A stretch of 64,000 bases of DNA, taken from positions 1,674,001-1,738,000 of the forward strand of contig OZ059894.1 in NCBI GenBank assembly GCA_964057225.1. The letters are read 5' to 3'. Numbering within the stretch: the first letter of the stretch is position 1; every line of letters starts with the position of its first letter. Below the pieces are notes generated by a model. The model searched no databases and was not told where the DNA came from. It worked only from the letters and a program-made list of their open reading frames with translations. Origin of the DNA: Auanema rhodensis (taxonomy: Eukaryota; Animalia; Nematoda). Shown one piece after another: positions 25,301 through 40,500 of this stretch. The translations under genes and the position numbers were made by a program.

Positions 25301-28300
25301 CAGTTGATATCTCGGTGCATTTTTAAGCTAGCGCAAATCTGATAACACAGATCGACGCAGCTTGAAAATCCGCATCGAATGCACTATACTACATTGAGGA
25401 ACGCTTAATACAAAAATTAGTTATGATCGTTTGAAAAATGATGCATTAGTGTATGTTGAGTTTCCATGTACACTCAACATAGCTTCCAAAAACATTTTGA
25501 CAAAAATTTTTTCGAAAAATTTCAGAATAATTTAGCAAAAAGTAGATGTTTTTAGATTCCTTTTTTCAAGGCAAAGACGATGGACAATGTTATTCAACGA
25601 AAAAATTAATTCTTCAGGGTGAAAATCGAGGATATAAGTGTGAACTTATATCAGTTGATATCTCGGTGCATTTTTAAGCTAGCGCAAATCTGATAACACA
25701 GATCGACGCAGCTTGAAATTCCGCATCGAATGCACTATACTACTTTGAGAAACGCTTAATACAAAAATTAGTTATGATCGTTTGAAAAATGATGCATTAG
25801 TGTATGTTGAGTTTCCATGTACACTCAACATAGCTTCCAAAAACATTTTGACAAAAATTTTTTCGAAAAATTTCAAAATAATTTAGCAAAAAGTAGATGT
25901 TTTTAGATTCCTTTTTTCAAGGCAAAGACGATGGACAATGTTATTCAACGAAAAAATTAATTCTTCAGGGTGAAAATCGAGGATATAAGTGTGAACTTAT
26001 ATCAGTTGATATCTCGGTGCATTTTTAAGCTAGCGCAAATCTGATAACACAGATCGACGCAGCTTGAAAATCCGCATCGAATGCACTATACTACTTTGAG
26101 AAACGCTTAATACAAAAATTAGTTATGATCGTTTGAAAAATGATGCATTAGTGTATGTTGAGTTTCCATGTACACTCAACATAGCTTCCAAAAACATTTT
26201 GACAAAAATTTTTTCGAAAAATTTCAAAATAGTTTAGCAAAAAGTAGATGTTTTTAGATTCCTTTTTTCAAGGCAAAGACGATGGACAATGTTATTCAAC
26301 GAAAAAATTAATTCTTCAGGGTGAAAATCGAGGATATAAGTGTGAACTTATATCAGTTGATATCTCGGTGCATTTTTAAGCTAGCGCAAATCTGATAACA
26401 CAGATCGACGCAGCTTAAAAATCCTCATCGAATGCACTATACTACATTGAGGAACGCTTAATACAAAAATTAGTTATGATCGTTTGAAAAATGATGCATT
26501 AGTGTATGTTGAGTTTCCATGTACACTCAACATTGCTTCCAAAAACATTTTGACAAAAATTTTTTCGAAAAATTTCAAAATAATTTAGCAGAAAGTAGAT
26601 GTTTTTAGATTCCTTTTTTCAAGGCAAAGACGATGGACAATGTTATTCAACGAAAAAATTAATTCTTCAGGGTGAAAATCGAGGATATAAGTGTTAACTT
26701 ATACCAGTTGATATCTCGGTGCATTTTTAAGCTAGCGCAAATCTGATAACACAGATCGACGCAGCTTGAAAATCCGCATCGAATGCACTATACTACATTG
26801 AGGAACGCTTAATACAAAAATTAGTTATGATCGTTTGAAAAATGATGCATTAGTGTATGTTGAGTTTCCATGTACACTCAACATAGCTTCCAAAAACATT
26901 TTGACAAAAATTTTTTCGAAAAATTTCAGAATAATTTAGCAAAAAGTAGATGTTTTTAGATTCCTTTTTTCAAGGCAAAGACGATGGACAATGTTATTCA
27001 ACGAAAAAATTAATTCTTCAGGGTGAAAATCGAGGATATAAGTGTGAACTTATATCAGTTGATATCTCGGTGCATTTTTAAGCTAGCGCAAATCTGATAA
27101 CACAGATCGACGCAGCTTGAAAATCCGCATCTAATGCACTATACTACTTTGAGAAACGCTTAATACAAAAATTAGTTATGATCGTTTGAAAAATGATGCA
27201 TTAGTGTATGTTGAGTTTCCATGTACACTCAACATAGCTTCCAAAAACATTTTGACAAAAATTTTTTCGAAAAATTTCAGAATAATTTAGCAAAAAGTAG
27301 ATGTTTTTAGATTCCTTTTTTCAAGGCAAAGACGATGGACAATGTTATTCAACGAAAAAATTAATTCTTCAGGGTGAAAATCGAGGATATAAGTGTTAAC
27401 TTATATCAGTTGATATCTCGGTGCATTTTTAAGCTAGCGCAAATCTGATAACACAGATCGACGCAGCTTAAAAATCCGCATCGAATGCACTATACTTCAT
27501 TGAGGAACGCTTAATACAAAAATTAGTTATGATCGTTTGAAAAATGATGCATTAGTGTATGTTGAGTTTCCATGTACACTCAACATAGCTTCCAAAAACA
27601 TTTTGACAAAAATTTTTTCGAAAAATTTCAAAATAATTTAGCAAAAAGTAGATGTTTTTAGATTCCTTTTTTCAAGGCAAAGACGATGGACAATGTTATT
27701 CAACGAAAAAATTAATTCTTCAGGGTGAAAATCGAGGATATAAGTGTGAACTTATATCAGTTGATATCTCGGTGCATTTTTAAGCTAGCGCAAATCTGAT
27801 AACACAGATCGACGCAGCTTAAAAATCCGCATCGAATGCACTATACTACATTGAGGAACGCTTAATACAAAAATTAGTTATGATCGTTTGAAAAATGATG
27901 CATTAGTGTATGTTGAGTTTCCATGTACACTCAACATTGCTTCCAAAAACATTTTGACAAAAATTTTTTCGAAAAATTTCAAAATAATTTAGCAGAAAGT
28001 AGATGTTTTTAGATTCCTTTTTTCAAGGCAAAGACGATGGACAATGTTATTCAACGAAAAAATTAATTCTTCAGGGAGAAAATCGAGGATATAAGTGTTA
28101 ACTTATATCAGTTGATATCTCGGTGCATTTTTAAGCTAGCGCAAATCTGATAACACAGATCGACGCAGCTTGAAAATCCGCATCGAATGCACTATACTAC
28201 ATTGAGGAACGCTTAATACAAAAATTAGTTATGATCGTTTGAAAAATGATGCATTAGTGTATGTTGAGTTTCCATGTACACTCAACATAGCTTCCAAAAA

Positions 28301-31300
28301 CATTTTGACAAAAATTTTTTCGAAAAATTTCAGAATAATTTAGCAAAAAGTAGATGTTTTTAGATTCCTTTTTTCAAGGCAAAGACGATGGACAATGTTA
28401 TTCAACGAAAAAATTAATTCTTCAGGGTGAAAATCGAGGATATAAGTGTGAACTTATATCAGTTGATATCTCGGTGCATTTTTAAGCTAGCGCAAATCTG
28501 ATAACACAGATCGACGCAGCTTGAAAATCCGCATCTAATGCACTATACTACTTTGAGAAACGCTTAATACAAAAATTAGTTATGATCGTTTGAAAAATGA
28601 TGCATTAGTGTATGTTGAGTTTCCATGTACACTCAACATTGCTTCCAAAAACATTTTGACAAAAATTTTTTCGAAAAATTTCAAAATAATTTAGCAAAAA
28701 GTAGATGTTTTTAGATTCCTTTTTTCAAGGCAAAGACGATGGACAATGTTATTCAACGAAAAAATTAATTCTTCAGGGTGAAAATCGAGGATATAAGTGT
28801 GAACTTATATCAGTTGATATCTCGGTGCATTTTTAAGCTAGCGCAAATCTGATAACACAGATCGACGCAGCTTGAAAATCCGCATCGAATGCACTATACT
28901 ACATTGAGGAACGCTTAATACAAAGATTAGTTATGATCGTTTGAAAAATGATGCATTAGTGTATGTTGAGTTTCCATGTACACTCAACATAGCTTCCAAA
29001 AACATTTTGACAAAAATTTTTTCGAAAAATTTCAGAATAATTTAGCAAAAAGTAGATGTTTTTAGATTCCTTTTTTCAAGGCAAAGACGATGGACAATGT
29101 TATTCAACGAAAAAATTAATTCTTCAGGGTGAAAATCGAGGATATAAGTGTGAACTTATATCAGTTGATATCTCGGTGCATTTTTAAGCTAGCGCAAATC
29201 TGATAACACAGATCGACGCAGCTTGAAATTCCGCATCGAATGCACTATACTACATTGAGGAACGCTTAATACAAAAATTAGTTATGATCGTTTGAAAAAT
29301 GATGCATTAGTGTATGTTGAGTTTCCATGTACACTCAACATAGCTTCCAAAAACATTTTGACAAAAATTTTTTCGAAAAATTTCAGAATAATTTAGCAAA
29401 AAGTAGATGTTTTTAGATTCCTTTTTTCAAGGCAAAGACGATGGACAATGTTATTCAACGAAAAAATTAATTCTTCAGGGTGAAAATCGAGGATATAAGT
29501 GTGAACTTATATCAGTTGATATCTCGGTGCATTTTTAAGCTAGCGCAAATCTGATAACACAGATCGACGCAGCTTGAAATTCCGCATCGAATGCACTATA
29601 CTACATTGAGGAACGCTTAATACAAAAATTAGTTATGATCGTTTGAAAAATGATGCATTAGTGTATGTTGAGTTTCCATGTACACTCAACATAGCTTCCA
29701 AAAACATTTTGACAAAAATTTTTTCGAAAAATTTCAGAATAATTTAGCAAAAAGTAGATGTTTTTAGATTCCTTTTTTCAAGGCAAAGACGATGGACAAT
29801 GTTATTCAACGAAAAAATTAATTCTTCAGGGTGAAAATCGAGGATATAAGTGTGAACTTATATCAGTTGATATCTCGGTGCATTTTTAAGCTAGCGCAAA
29901 TCTGATAACACAGATCGACGCAGCTTAAAAATCCGCATCGAATGCACTATACTACATTGAGGAACGCTTAATACAAAAATTAGTTATGATCGTTTGAAAA
30001 ATGATGCATTAGTGTATGTTGAGTTTCCATGTACACTCAACATAGCTTCCAAAAACATTTTGACAAAAATTTTTTCGAAAAATTTCAGAATAATTTAGCA
30101 AAAAGTAGATGTTTTTAGATTCCTTTTTTCAAGGCAAAGACGATGGACAATGTTATTCAACGAAAAAATTAATTCTTCAGGGTGAAAATCGAGGATATAA
30201 GTGTGAACTTATATCAGTTGATATCTCGGTGCATTTTTAAGCTAGCGCAAATCTGATAACACAGATCGACGCAGCTTGAAAATCCGCATCGAATGCACTA
30301 TACTACATTGAGGAACGCTTAATACAAAAATTAGTTATGATCGTTTGAAAAATGATGCATTAGTGTATGTTGAGTTTCCATGTACACTCAACATTGCTTC
30401 CAAAAACATTTTGACAAAAATTTTTTCGAAAAATTTCAAAATATTTTAGCAAAAAGTAGATGTTTTTAGATTCCTTTTTTCAAGGCAAAGACGATGGACA
30501 ATGTTATTCAACGAAAAAATTAATTCTTCAGGGTGAAAATCGAGGATATAAGTGTGAACTTATATCAGTTGATATCTCGGTGCATTTTTAAGCTAGCGCA
30601 AATCTGATAACACAGATCGACGCAGCTTGAAAATCCGCATCGAATGCACTATACTACTTTGAGAAACGCTTAATACAAAAATTAGTTATGATCGTTTGAA
30701 AAATGATGCATTAGTGTATGTTGAGTTTCCATGTACACTCAACATAGCTTCCAAAAACATTTTGACAAAAATTTTTTCGAAAAATTTCAGAATAATTTAG
30801 CAAAAAGTAGATGTTTTTAGATTCCTTTTTTCAAGGCAAAGACGATGGACAATGTTATTCAACGAAAAAATTAATTCTTCAGGGTGAAAATCGAGGATAT
30901 AAGTGTGAACTTATATCAGTTGATATCTCGGTGCATTTTTAAGCTAGCGCAAATCTGATAACACAGATCGACGCAGCTTACAAATCCGCATCGAATGCAC
31001 TATACTTCATTGAGGAACGCTTAATACAAAAATTAGTTATGATCGTTTGAAAAATGATGCATTAGTGTATGTTGAGTTTCCATGTACACTCAACATAGCT
31101 TCCAAAAACATTTTGACAAAAATTTTTTCGAGAAATTTCAAAATAATTTAGCAAAAAGTAGATGTTTTTAGATTCCTTTTTTCAAGGCAAAGACGATGGA
31201 CAATGTTATTCAACGAAAAAATTAATTCTTCAGGGTGAAAATCGAGGATATAAGTGTGAACTTATATCAGTTGATATCTCGGTGCATTTTTAAGCTAGCG

Positions 31301-34300
31301 CAAATCTGATAACACAGATCGACGCAGCTTAAAAATCCGCATCGAATGCAGTATACTACATTGAGGAACGCTTAATACAAAAATTAGTTATGATTGTTTG
31401 AAAAATGATGCATTAGTGTATGTTGAGTTTCCATGTACACTCAACATTGCTTCCAAAAACATTTTGACAAAAATTTTTTCGAAAAATTTCAAAATAATTT
31501 AGCAGAAAGTAGATGTTTTTAGATTCCTTTTTTCAAGGCAAAGACGATGGACAATGTTATTCAACGAAAAAATTAATTCTTCAGGGTGAAAATCGAGGAT
31601 ATAAGTGTTAACTTATATCAGTTGATATCTCGGTGCATTTTTAAGCTAGCGCAAATCTGATAACACAGATCGACGCAGCTTGAAAATCCGCATCGAATGC
31701 ACTATACTACATTGAGGAACGCTTAATACAAAAATTAGTTATGATCGTTTGAAAAATGATGCATTAGTGTATGTTGAGTTTCCATGTACACTCAACATAG
31801 CTTCCAAAAACATTTTGACAAAAATTTTTTCGAAAAATTTCAGAATAATTTAGCAAAAAGTAGATGTTTTTAGATTCCTTTTTTCAAGGCAAAGACGATG
31901 GACAATGTTATTCAACGAAAAAATTAATTCTTCAGGGTGAAAATCGAGGATATAAGTGTGAACTTATATCAGTTGATATCTCGGTGCATTTTTAAGCTAG
32001 CGCTAATCTGATAACACAGATCGACGCAGCTTGAAAATCCGCATCTAATGCACTATACTACTTTGAGAAACGCTTAATACAAAAATTAGTTATGATCGTT
32101 TGAAAAATGATGCATTAGTGTATGTTGAGTTTCCATGTACACTCAACATTGCTTCCAAAAACATTTTGACAAAAATTTTTTCGAAAAATTTCAAAATAAT
32201 TTAGCAGAAAGTAGATGTTTTTAGATTCCTTTTTTCAAGGCAAAGACGATGGACAATGTTATTCAACGAAAAAATTAATTCTTCAGGGAGAAAATCGAGG
32301 ATATAAGTGTTAACTTATATCAGTTGATATCTCGGTGCATTTTTAAGCTAGCGCAAATCTGATAACACAGATCGACGCAGCTTAAAAATCCGCATCGAAT
32401 GCACTATACTACATTGAGGAACGCTTAATACAAAAATTAGTTATGATCGTTTGAAAAATGATGCATTAGTGTATGTTGAGTTTCCATGTACACTCAACAT
32501 AGCTTCCAAAAACATTTTGACAAAAATTTTTTCGAAAAATTTCAGAATAATTTAGCAAAAAGTAGATGTTTTTAGATTCCTTTTTTCAAGGCAAAGACGA
32601 TGGACAATGTTATTCAACGAAAAAATTAATTCTTCAGGGTGAAAATCGAGGATATAAGTGTGAACTTATATCAGTTGATATCTCGGTGCATTTTTAAGCT
32701 AGCGCAAATCTGATAACACAGATCGACGCAGCTTGAAATTCCGCATCGAATGCACTATACTACATTGAGGAACGCTTAATACAAAAATTAGTTATGATCG
32801 TTTGAAAAATGATGCATTAGTGTATGTTGAGTTTCCATGTACACTCAACATAGCTTCCAAAAACATTTTGACAAAAATTTTTTCGAAAAATTTCAGAATA
32901 ATTTAGCAAAAAGTAGATGTTTTTAGATTCCTTTTTTCAAGGCAAAGACGATGGACAATGTTATTCAACGAAAAAATTAATTCTTCAGGGTGAAAATCGA
33001 GGATATAAGTGTGAACTTATATCAGTTGATATCTCGGTGCATTTTTAAGCTAGCGCAAATCTGATAACACAGATCGACGCAGCTTACAAATCCGCATCGA
33101 ATGCACTATACTTCAATGAGGAACGCTTAATACAAAAATTAGTTATGATCGTTTGAAAAATGATGCATTAGTGTATGTTGAGTTTCCATGTACACTCAAC
33201 ATAGCTTCCAAAAACATTTTGACAAAAATTTTTTCGAAAAATTTCAAAATAATTTAGCAAAAAGTAGATGTTTTTAGATTCCTTTTTTCAAGGCAAAGAC
33301 GATGGACAATGTTATTCAACGAAAAAATTAATTCTTCAGGGTGAAAATCGAGGATATAAGTGTGAACTTATATCAGTTGATATCTCGGTGCATTTTTAAG
33401 CTAGCGCAAATCTGATAACACAGATCGACGCAGCTTGAAAATCCGCATCGAATGCACTATACTACTTTGAGAAACGCTTAATACAAAAATTAGTTATGAT
33501 CGTTTGAAAAATGATGCATTAGTGTATGTTGAGTTTCCATGTACACTCAACATAGCTTCCAAAAACATTTTGACAAAAATTTTTTCGAAAAATTTCAAAA
33601 TAGTTTAGCAAAAAGTAGATGTTTTTAGATTCCTTTTTTCAAGGCAAAGACGATGGACAATGTTATTCAACGAAAAAATTAATTCTTCAGGGTGAAAATC
33701 GAGGATATAAGTGTGAACTTATATCAGTTGATATCTCGGTGCATTTTTAAGCTAGCGCAAATCTGATAACACAGATCGACGCAGCTTAAAAATCCTCATC
33801 GAATGCACTATACTACATTGAGGAACGCTTAATACAAAAATTAGTTATGATCGTTTGAAAAATGATGCATTAGTGTATGTTGAGTTTCCATGTACACTCA
33901 ACATTGCTTCCAAAAACATTTTGACAAAAATTTTTTCGAAAAATTTCAAAATAATTTAGCAGAAAGTAGATGTTTTTAGATTCCTTTTTTCAAGGAAAAG
34001 ACGATGGACAATGTTATTCAACGAAAAAATTAATTCTTCAGGGTGAAAATCGAGGATATAAGTGTTAACTTATACCAGTTGATATCTCGGTGCATTTTTA
34101 AGCTAGCGCAAATCTGATAACACAGATCGACGCAGCTTGAAAATCCGCATTGAATGCACTATACTACATTGAGGAACGCTTAATACAAAAATTAGTTATG
34201 ATCGTTTGAAAAATGAAGCATTAGTGTATGTTGAGTTTCCATGTACACTCAACATAGCTTCCAAAAACATTTTGACAAAAATTTTTTCGAAAAATTTCAG

Positions 34301-37300
34301 AATAATTTAGCAAAAAGTAGATGTTTTTAGATTCCTTTTTTCAAGGCAAAGACGATGGACAATGTTATTCAACGAAAAAATTAATTCTTCAGGGTGAAAA
34401 TCGAGGATATAAGTGTGAACTTATATCAGTTGATATCTCGGTGCATTTTTAAGCTAGCGCAAATCTGATAACACAGATCGACGCAGCTTGAAAATCCGCA
34501 TCTAATGCACTATACTACTTTGAGAAACGCTTAATACAAAAATTAGTTATGATCGTTTGAAAAATGATGCATTAGTGTATGTTGAGTTTCCATGTACACT
34601 CAACATAGCTTCCAAAAACATTTTGACAAAAATTTTTTCGAAAAATTTCAGAATAATTTAGCAAAAAGTAGATGTTTTTAGATTCCTTTTTTCAAGGCAA
34701 AGACGATGGACAATGTTATTCAACGAAAAAATTAATTCTTCAGGGTGAAAATCGAGGATATAAGTGTTAACTTATATCAGTTGATATCTCGGTGCATTTT
34801 TAAGCTAGCGCAAATCTGATAACACAGATCGACGCAGCTTAAAAATCCGCATCGAATGCACTATACTTCATTGAGGAACGCTTAATACAAAAATTAGTTA
34901 TGATCGTTTGAAAAATGATGCATTAGTGTATGTTGAGTTTCCATGTACACTCAACATAGCTTCCAAAAACATTTTGACAAAAATTTTTTCGAAAAATTTC
35001 AAAATAATTTAGCAAAAAGTAGATGTTTTTAGATTCCTTTTTTCAAGGCAAAGACGATGGACAATGTTATTCAACGAAAAAATTAATTCTTCAGGGTGAA
35101 AATCGAGGATATAAGTGTGAACTTATATCAGTTGATATCTCGGTGCATTTTTAAGCTAGCGCAAATCTGATAACACAGATCGACGCAGCTTAAAAATCCG
35201 CATCGAATGCACTATACTACATTGAGGAACGCTTAATACAAAAATTAGTTATGATCGTTTGAAAAATGATGCATTAGTGTATGTTGAGTTTCCATGTACA
35301 CTCAACATTGCTTCCAAAAACATTTTGACAAAAATTTTTTCAAAAAATTTCAAAATAATTTAGCAAAAAGTAGATGTTTTTAGATTCCTTTTTTCAAGGC
35401 AAAGACGATGGACAATGTTATTCATCGAAAAAATTAATTCTTCCGGGTGAAAATCGAGGATATAAGTGTGAACTTATATCAGTTGATATCTCGGTGCATT
35501 TTTAAGCTAGCGCAAATCTGATAACACAGATCGACGCAGCTTGAAAATCCGCATCTAATGCACTATACTACTTTGAGAAACGCTTAATACAAAAATTAGT
35601 TATGATCGTTTGAAAAATGATGCATTAGTGTATGTTGAGTTTCCATGTACACTCAACATTGCTTCCAAAAACATTTTGACAAAAATTTTTTCGAAAAATT
35701 TCAAAATAATTTAGCAAAAAGTAGATGTTTTTAGATTCCTTTTTTCAAGGCAAAGACGATGGACAATGTTATTCAACGAAAAAATTAATTCTTCAGGGTG
35801 AAAATCGAGGATATAAGTGTGAACTTATATCAGTTGATATCTCGGTGCATTTTTAAGCTAGCGCAAATCTGATAACACAGATCGACGCAGCTTAAAAATC
35901 CGCATCGAATGCACTATACTTCATTGAGGAACGCTTAATACAAAAATTAGTTATGATCGTTTGAAAAATGATGCATTAGTGTATGTTGAGTTTCCATGTA
36001 CACTCAACATAGCTTCCAAAAACATTTTGACAAAAATTTTTTCGAAAAATTTCAAAATAATTTAGCAAAAAGTAGATGTTTTTAGATTCCTTTTTTCAAG
36101 GCAAAGACGATGGACAATGTTATTCAACGAAAAAATTAATTCTTCAGGGTGAAAATCGAGGATATAAGTGTGAACTTATATCAGTTGATATCTCGGTGCA
36201 TTTTTAAGCTAGCGCAAATCTGATAACACAGATCGACGCAGCTTAAAAATCCGCATCGAATGCACTATACTACATTGAGGAACGCTTAATACAAAAATTA
36301 GTTATGATCGTTTGAAAAATGATGCATTAGTGTATGTTGAGTTTCCATGTACACTCAACATTGCTTCCAAAAACATTTTGACAAAAATTTTTTCGAAAAA
36401 TTTCAAAATAATTTAGCAGAAAGTAGATGTTTTTAGATTCCTTTTTTCAAGGCAAAGACGATGGACAATGTTATTCAACGAAAAAATTAATTCTTCAGGG
36501 AGAAAATCGAGGATATAAGTGTTAACTTATATCAGTTGATATCTCGGTGCATTTTTAAGCTAGCGCAAATCTGATAACACAGATCGACGCAGCTTGAAAA
36601 TCCGCATCGAATGCACTATACTACATTGAGGAACGCTTAATACAAAAATTAGTTATGATCGTTTGAAAAATGATGCATTAGTGTATGTTGAGTTTCCATG
36701 TACACTCAACATAGCTTCCAAAAACATTTTGACAAAAATTTTTTCGAAAAATTTCAGAATAATTTAGCAAAAAGTAGATGTTTTTAGATTCCTTTTTTCA
36801 AGGCAAAGACGATGGACAATGTTATTCAACGAAAAAATTAATTCTTCAGGGTGAAAATCGAGGATATAAGTGTGAACTTATATCAGTTGATATCTCGGTG
36901 CATTTTTAAGCTAGCGCAAATCTGATAACACAGATCGACGCAGCTTGAAATTCCGCATCGAATGCACTATACTACTTTGAGAAACGCTTAATACAAAAAT
37001 TAGTTATGATCGTTTGAAAAATGATGCATTAGTGTATGTTGAGTTTCCATGTACACTCAACATAGCTTCCAAAAACATTTTGACAAAAATTTTTTCGAAA
37101 AATTTCAAAATAATTTAGCAAAAAGTAGATGTTTTTAGATTCCTTTTTTCAAGGCAAAGACGATGGACAATGTTATTCAACGAAAAAATTAATTCTTCAG
37201 GGTGAAAATCGAGGATATAAGTGTGAACTTATATCAGTTGATATCTCGGTGCATTTTTAAGCTAGCGCAAATCTGATAACACAGATCGACGCAGCTTGAA

Positions 37301-37557
37301 ATTCCGCATCGAATGCACTATACTACATTGAGGAACGCTCAATACAAAAATTAGTTATGATCGTTTGAAAAATGATGCATTAGTGTATGTTGAGTTTCCA
37401 TGTACACTCAACATAGCTTCCAAAAACATTTTGACAAAAATTTTTTCGAAAAATTTCAGAATAATTTAGCAAAAAGTAGATGTTTTTAGATTCCTTTTTT
37501 CAAGGCAAAGACGATGGACAATGTTATTCAACGAAAAAATTAATTCTTCAGGGTGAA

Positions 37558-40500
37558 AATCGAGGATATAAGTGTGAACTTATATCAGTTGATATCTCGG
37601 TGCATTTTTAAGCTAGCGCAAATCTGATAACACAGATCGACGCAGCTTAAAAACCCGCATCGAATGCACTATACTACATTGAGGAACGCTTAATACAAAA
37701 ATTAGTTATGATCGTTTGAAAAATGATGCATTAGTGTATGTTGAGTTTCCATGTACACTCAACATAGCTTCCAAAAACATTTTGACAAAAATTTTTTCGA
37801 AAAATTTCAGAATAATTTAGCAAAAAGTAGATGTTTTTAGATTCCTTTTTTCAAGGCAAAGACGATGGACAATGTTATTCAACGAAAAAATTAATTCTTC
37901 AGGGTGAAAATCGAGGATATAAGTGTGAACTTATATCAGTTGATATCTCGGTGCATTTTTAAGCTAGCGCAAATCTGATAACACAGATCGACGCAGCTTG
38001 AAAATCCGCATCGAATGCACTATACTACATTGAGGAACGCTTAATACAAAAATTAGTTATGATCGTTTGAAAAATGATGCATTAGTGTATGTTGAGTTTC
38101 CATGTACACTCAACATTGCTTCCAAAAACATTTTGACAAAAATTTTTTCGAAAAATTTCAAAATATTTTAGCAAAAAGTAGATGTTTTTAGATTCCTTTT
38201 TTCAAGGCAAAGACGATGGACAATGTTATTCAACGAAAAAATTAATTCTTCAGGGTGAAAATCGAGGATATAAGTGTGAACTTATATCAGTTGATATCTC
38301 GGTGCATTTTTAAGCTAGCGCAAATCTGATAACACAGATCGACGCAGCTTACAAATCCGCATCGAATGCACTATACTTCATTGAGGAACGCTTAATACAA
38401 AAATTAGTTATGATCGTTTGAAAAATGATGCATTAGTGTATGTTGAGTTTCCATGTACACTCAACATAGCTTCCAAAAACATTTTGACAAAAATTTTTTC
38501 GAGAAATTTCAAAATAATTTAGCAAAAAGTAGATGTTTTTAGATTCCTTTTTTCAAGGCAAAGACGATGGACAATGTTATTCAACGAAAAAATTAATTCT
38601 TCAGGGTGAAAATCGAGGATATAAGTGTGAACTTATATCAGTTGATATCTCGGTGCATTTTTAAGCTAGCGCAAATCTGATAACACAGATCGACGCAGCT
38701 TAAAAATCCGCATCGAATGCAGTATACTACATTGAGGAACGCTTAATACAAAAATTAGTTATGATTGTTTGAAAAATGATGCATTAGTGTATGTTGAGTT
38801 TCCATGTACACTCAACATTGCTTCCAAAAACATTTTGACAAAAATTTTTTCGAAAAATTTCAAAATAATTTAGCAGAAAGTAGATGTTTTTAGATTCCTT
38901 TTTTCAAGGCAAAGACGATGGACAATGTTATTCAACGAAAAAATTAATTCTTCAGGGTGAAAATCGAGGATATAAGTGTTAACTTATATCAGTTGATATC
39001 TCGGTGCATTTTTAAGCTAGCGCAAATCTGATAACACAGATCGACGCAGCTTGAAAATCCGCATCGAATGCACTATACTACATTGAGGAACGCTTAATAC
39101 AAAAATTAGTTATGATCGTTTGAAAAATGATGCATTAGTGTATGTTGAGTTTCCATGTACACTCAACATAGCTTCCAAAAACATTTTGACAAAAATTTTT
39201 TCGAAAAATTTCAGAATAATTTAGCAAAAAGTAGATGTTTTTAGATTCCTTTTTTCAAGGCAAAGACGATGGACAATGTTATTCAACGAAAAAATTAATT
39301 CTTCAGGGTGAAAATCGAGGATATAAGTGTGAACTTATATCAGTTGATATCTCGGTGCATTTTTAAGCTAGCGCTAATCTGATAACACAGATCGACGCAG
39401 CTTGAAAATCCGCATCTAATGCACTATACTACTTTGAGAAACGCTTAATACAAAAATTAGTTATGATCGTTTGAAAAATGATGCATTAGTGTATGTTGAG
39501 TTTCCATGTACACTCAACATAGCTTCCAAAAACATTTTGACAAAAATTTTTTCGAAAAATTTCAGAATAATTTAGCAAAAAGTAGATGTTTTTAGATTCC
39601 TTTTTTCAAGGCAAAGACGATGGACAATGTTATTCAACGAAAAAATTAATTCTTCAGGGTGAAAATCGAGGATATAAGTGTGAACTTATATCAGTTGATA
39701 TCTCGGTGCATTTTTAAGCTAGCGCAAATCTGATAACACAGATCGACGCAGCTTAAAAATCCGCATCGAATGCACTATACTACATTGAGGAACGCTTAAT
39801 ACAAAAATTAGTTATGATCGTTTGAAAAATGATGCATTAGTGTATGTTGAGTTTCCATGTACACTCAACATAGCTTCCAAAAACATTTTGACAAAAATTT
39901 TTTCGAAAAATTTCAGAATAATTTAGCAAAAAGTAGATGTTTTTAGATTCCTTTTTTCAAGGCAAAGACGATGGACAATGTTATTCAACGAAAAAATTAA
40001 TTCTTCAGGGTGAAAATCGAGGATATAAGTGTGAACTTATATCAGTTGATATCTCGGTGCATTTTTAAGCTAGCGCAAATCTGATAACACAGATCGACGC
40101 AGCTTGAAAATCCGCATCGAATGCACTATACTACATTGAGGAACGCTTAATACAAAAATTAGTTATGATCGTTTGAAAAATGATGCATTAGTGTATGTTG
40201 AGTTTCCATGTACACTCAACATTGCTTCCAAAAACATTTTGACAAAAATTTTTTCGAAAAATTTCAAAATATTTTAGCAAAAAGTAGATGTTTTTAGATT
40301 CCTTTTTTCAAGGCAAAGACGATGGACAATGTTATTCAACGAAAAAATTAATTCTTCAGGGTGAAAATCGAGGATATAAGTGTGAACTTATATCAGTTGA
40401 TATCTCGGTGCATTTTTAAGCTAGCGCAAATCTGATAACACAGATCGACGCAGCTTACAAATCCGCATCGAATGCACTATACTTCATTGAGGAACGCTTA

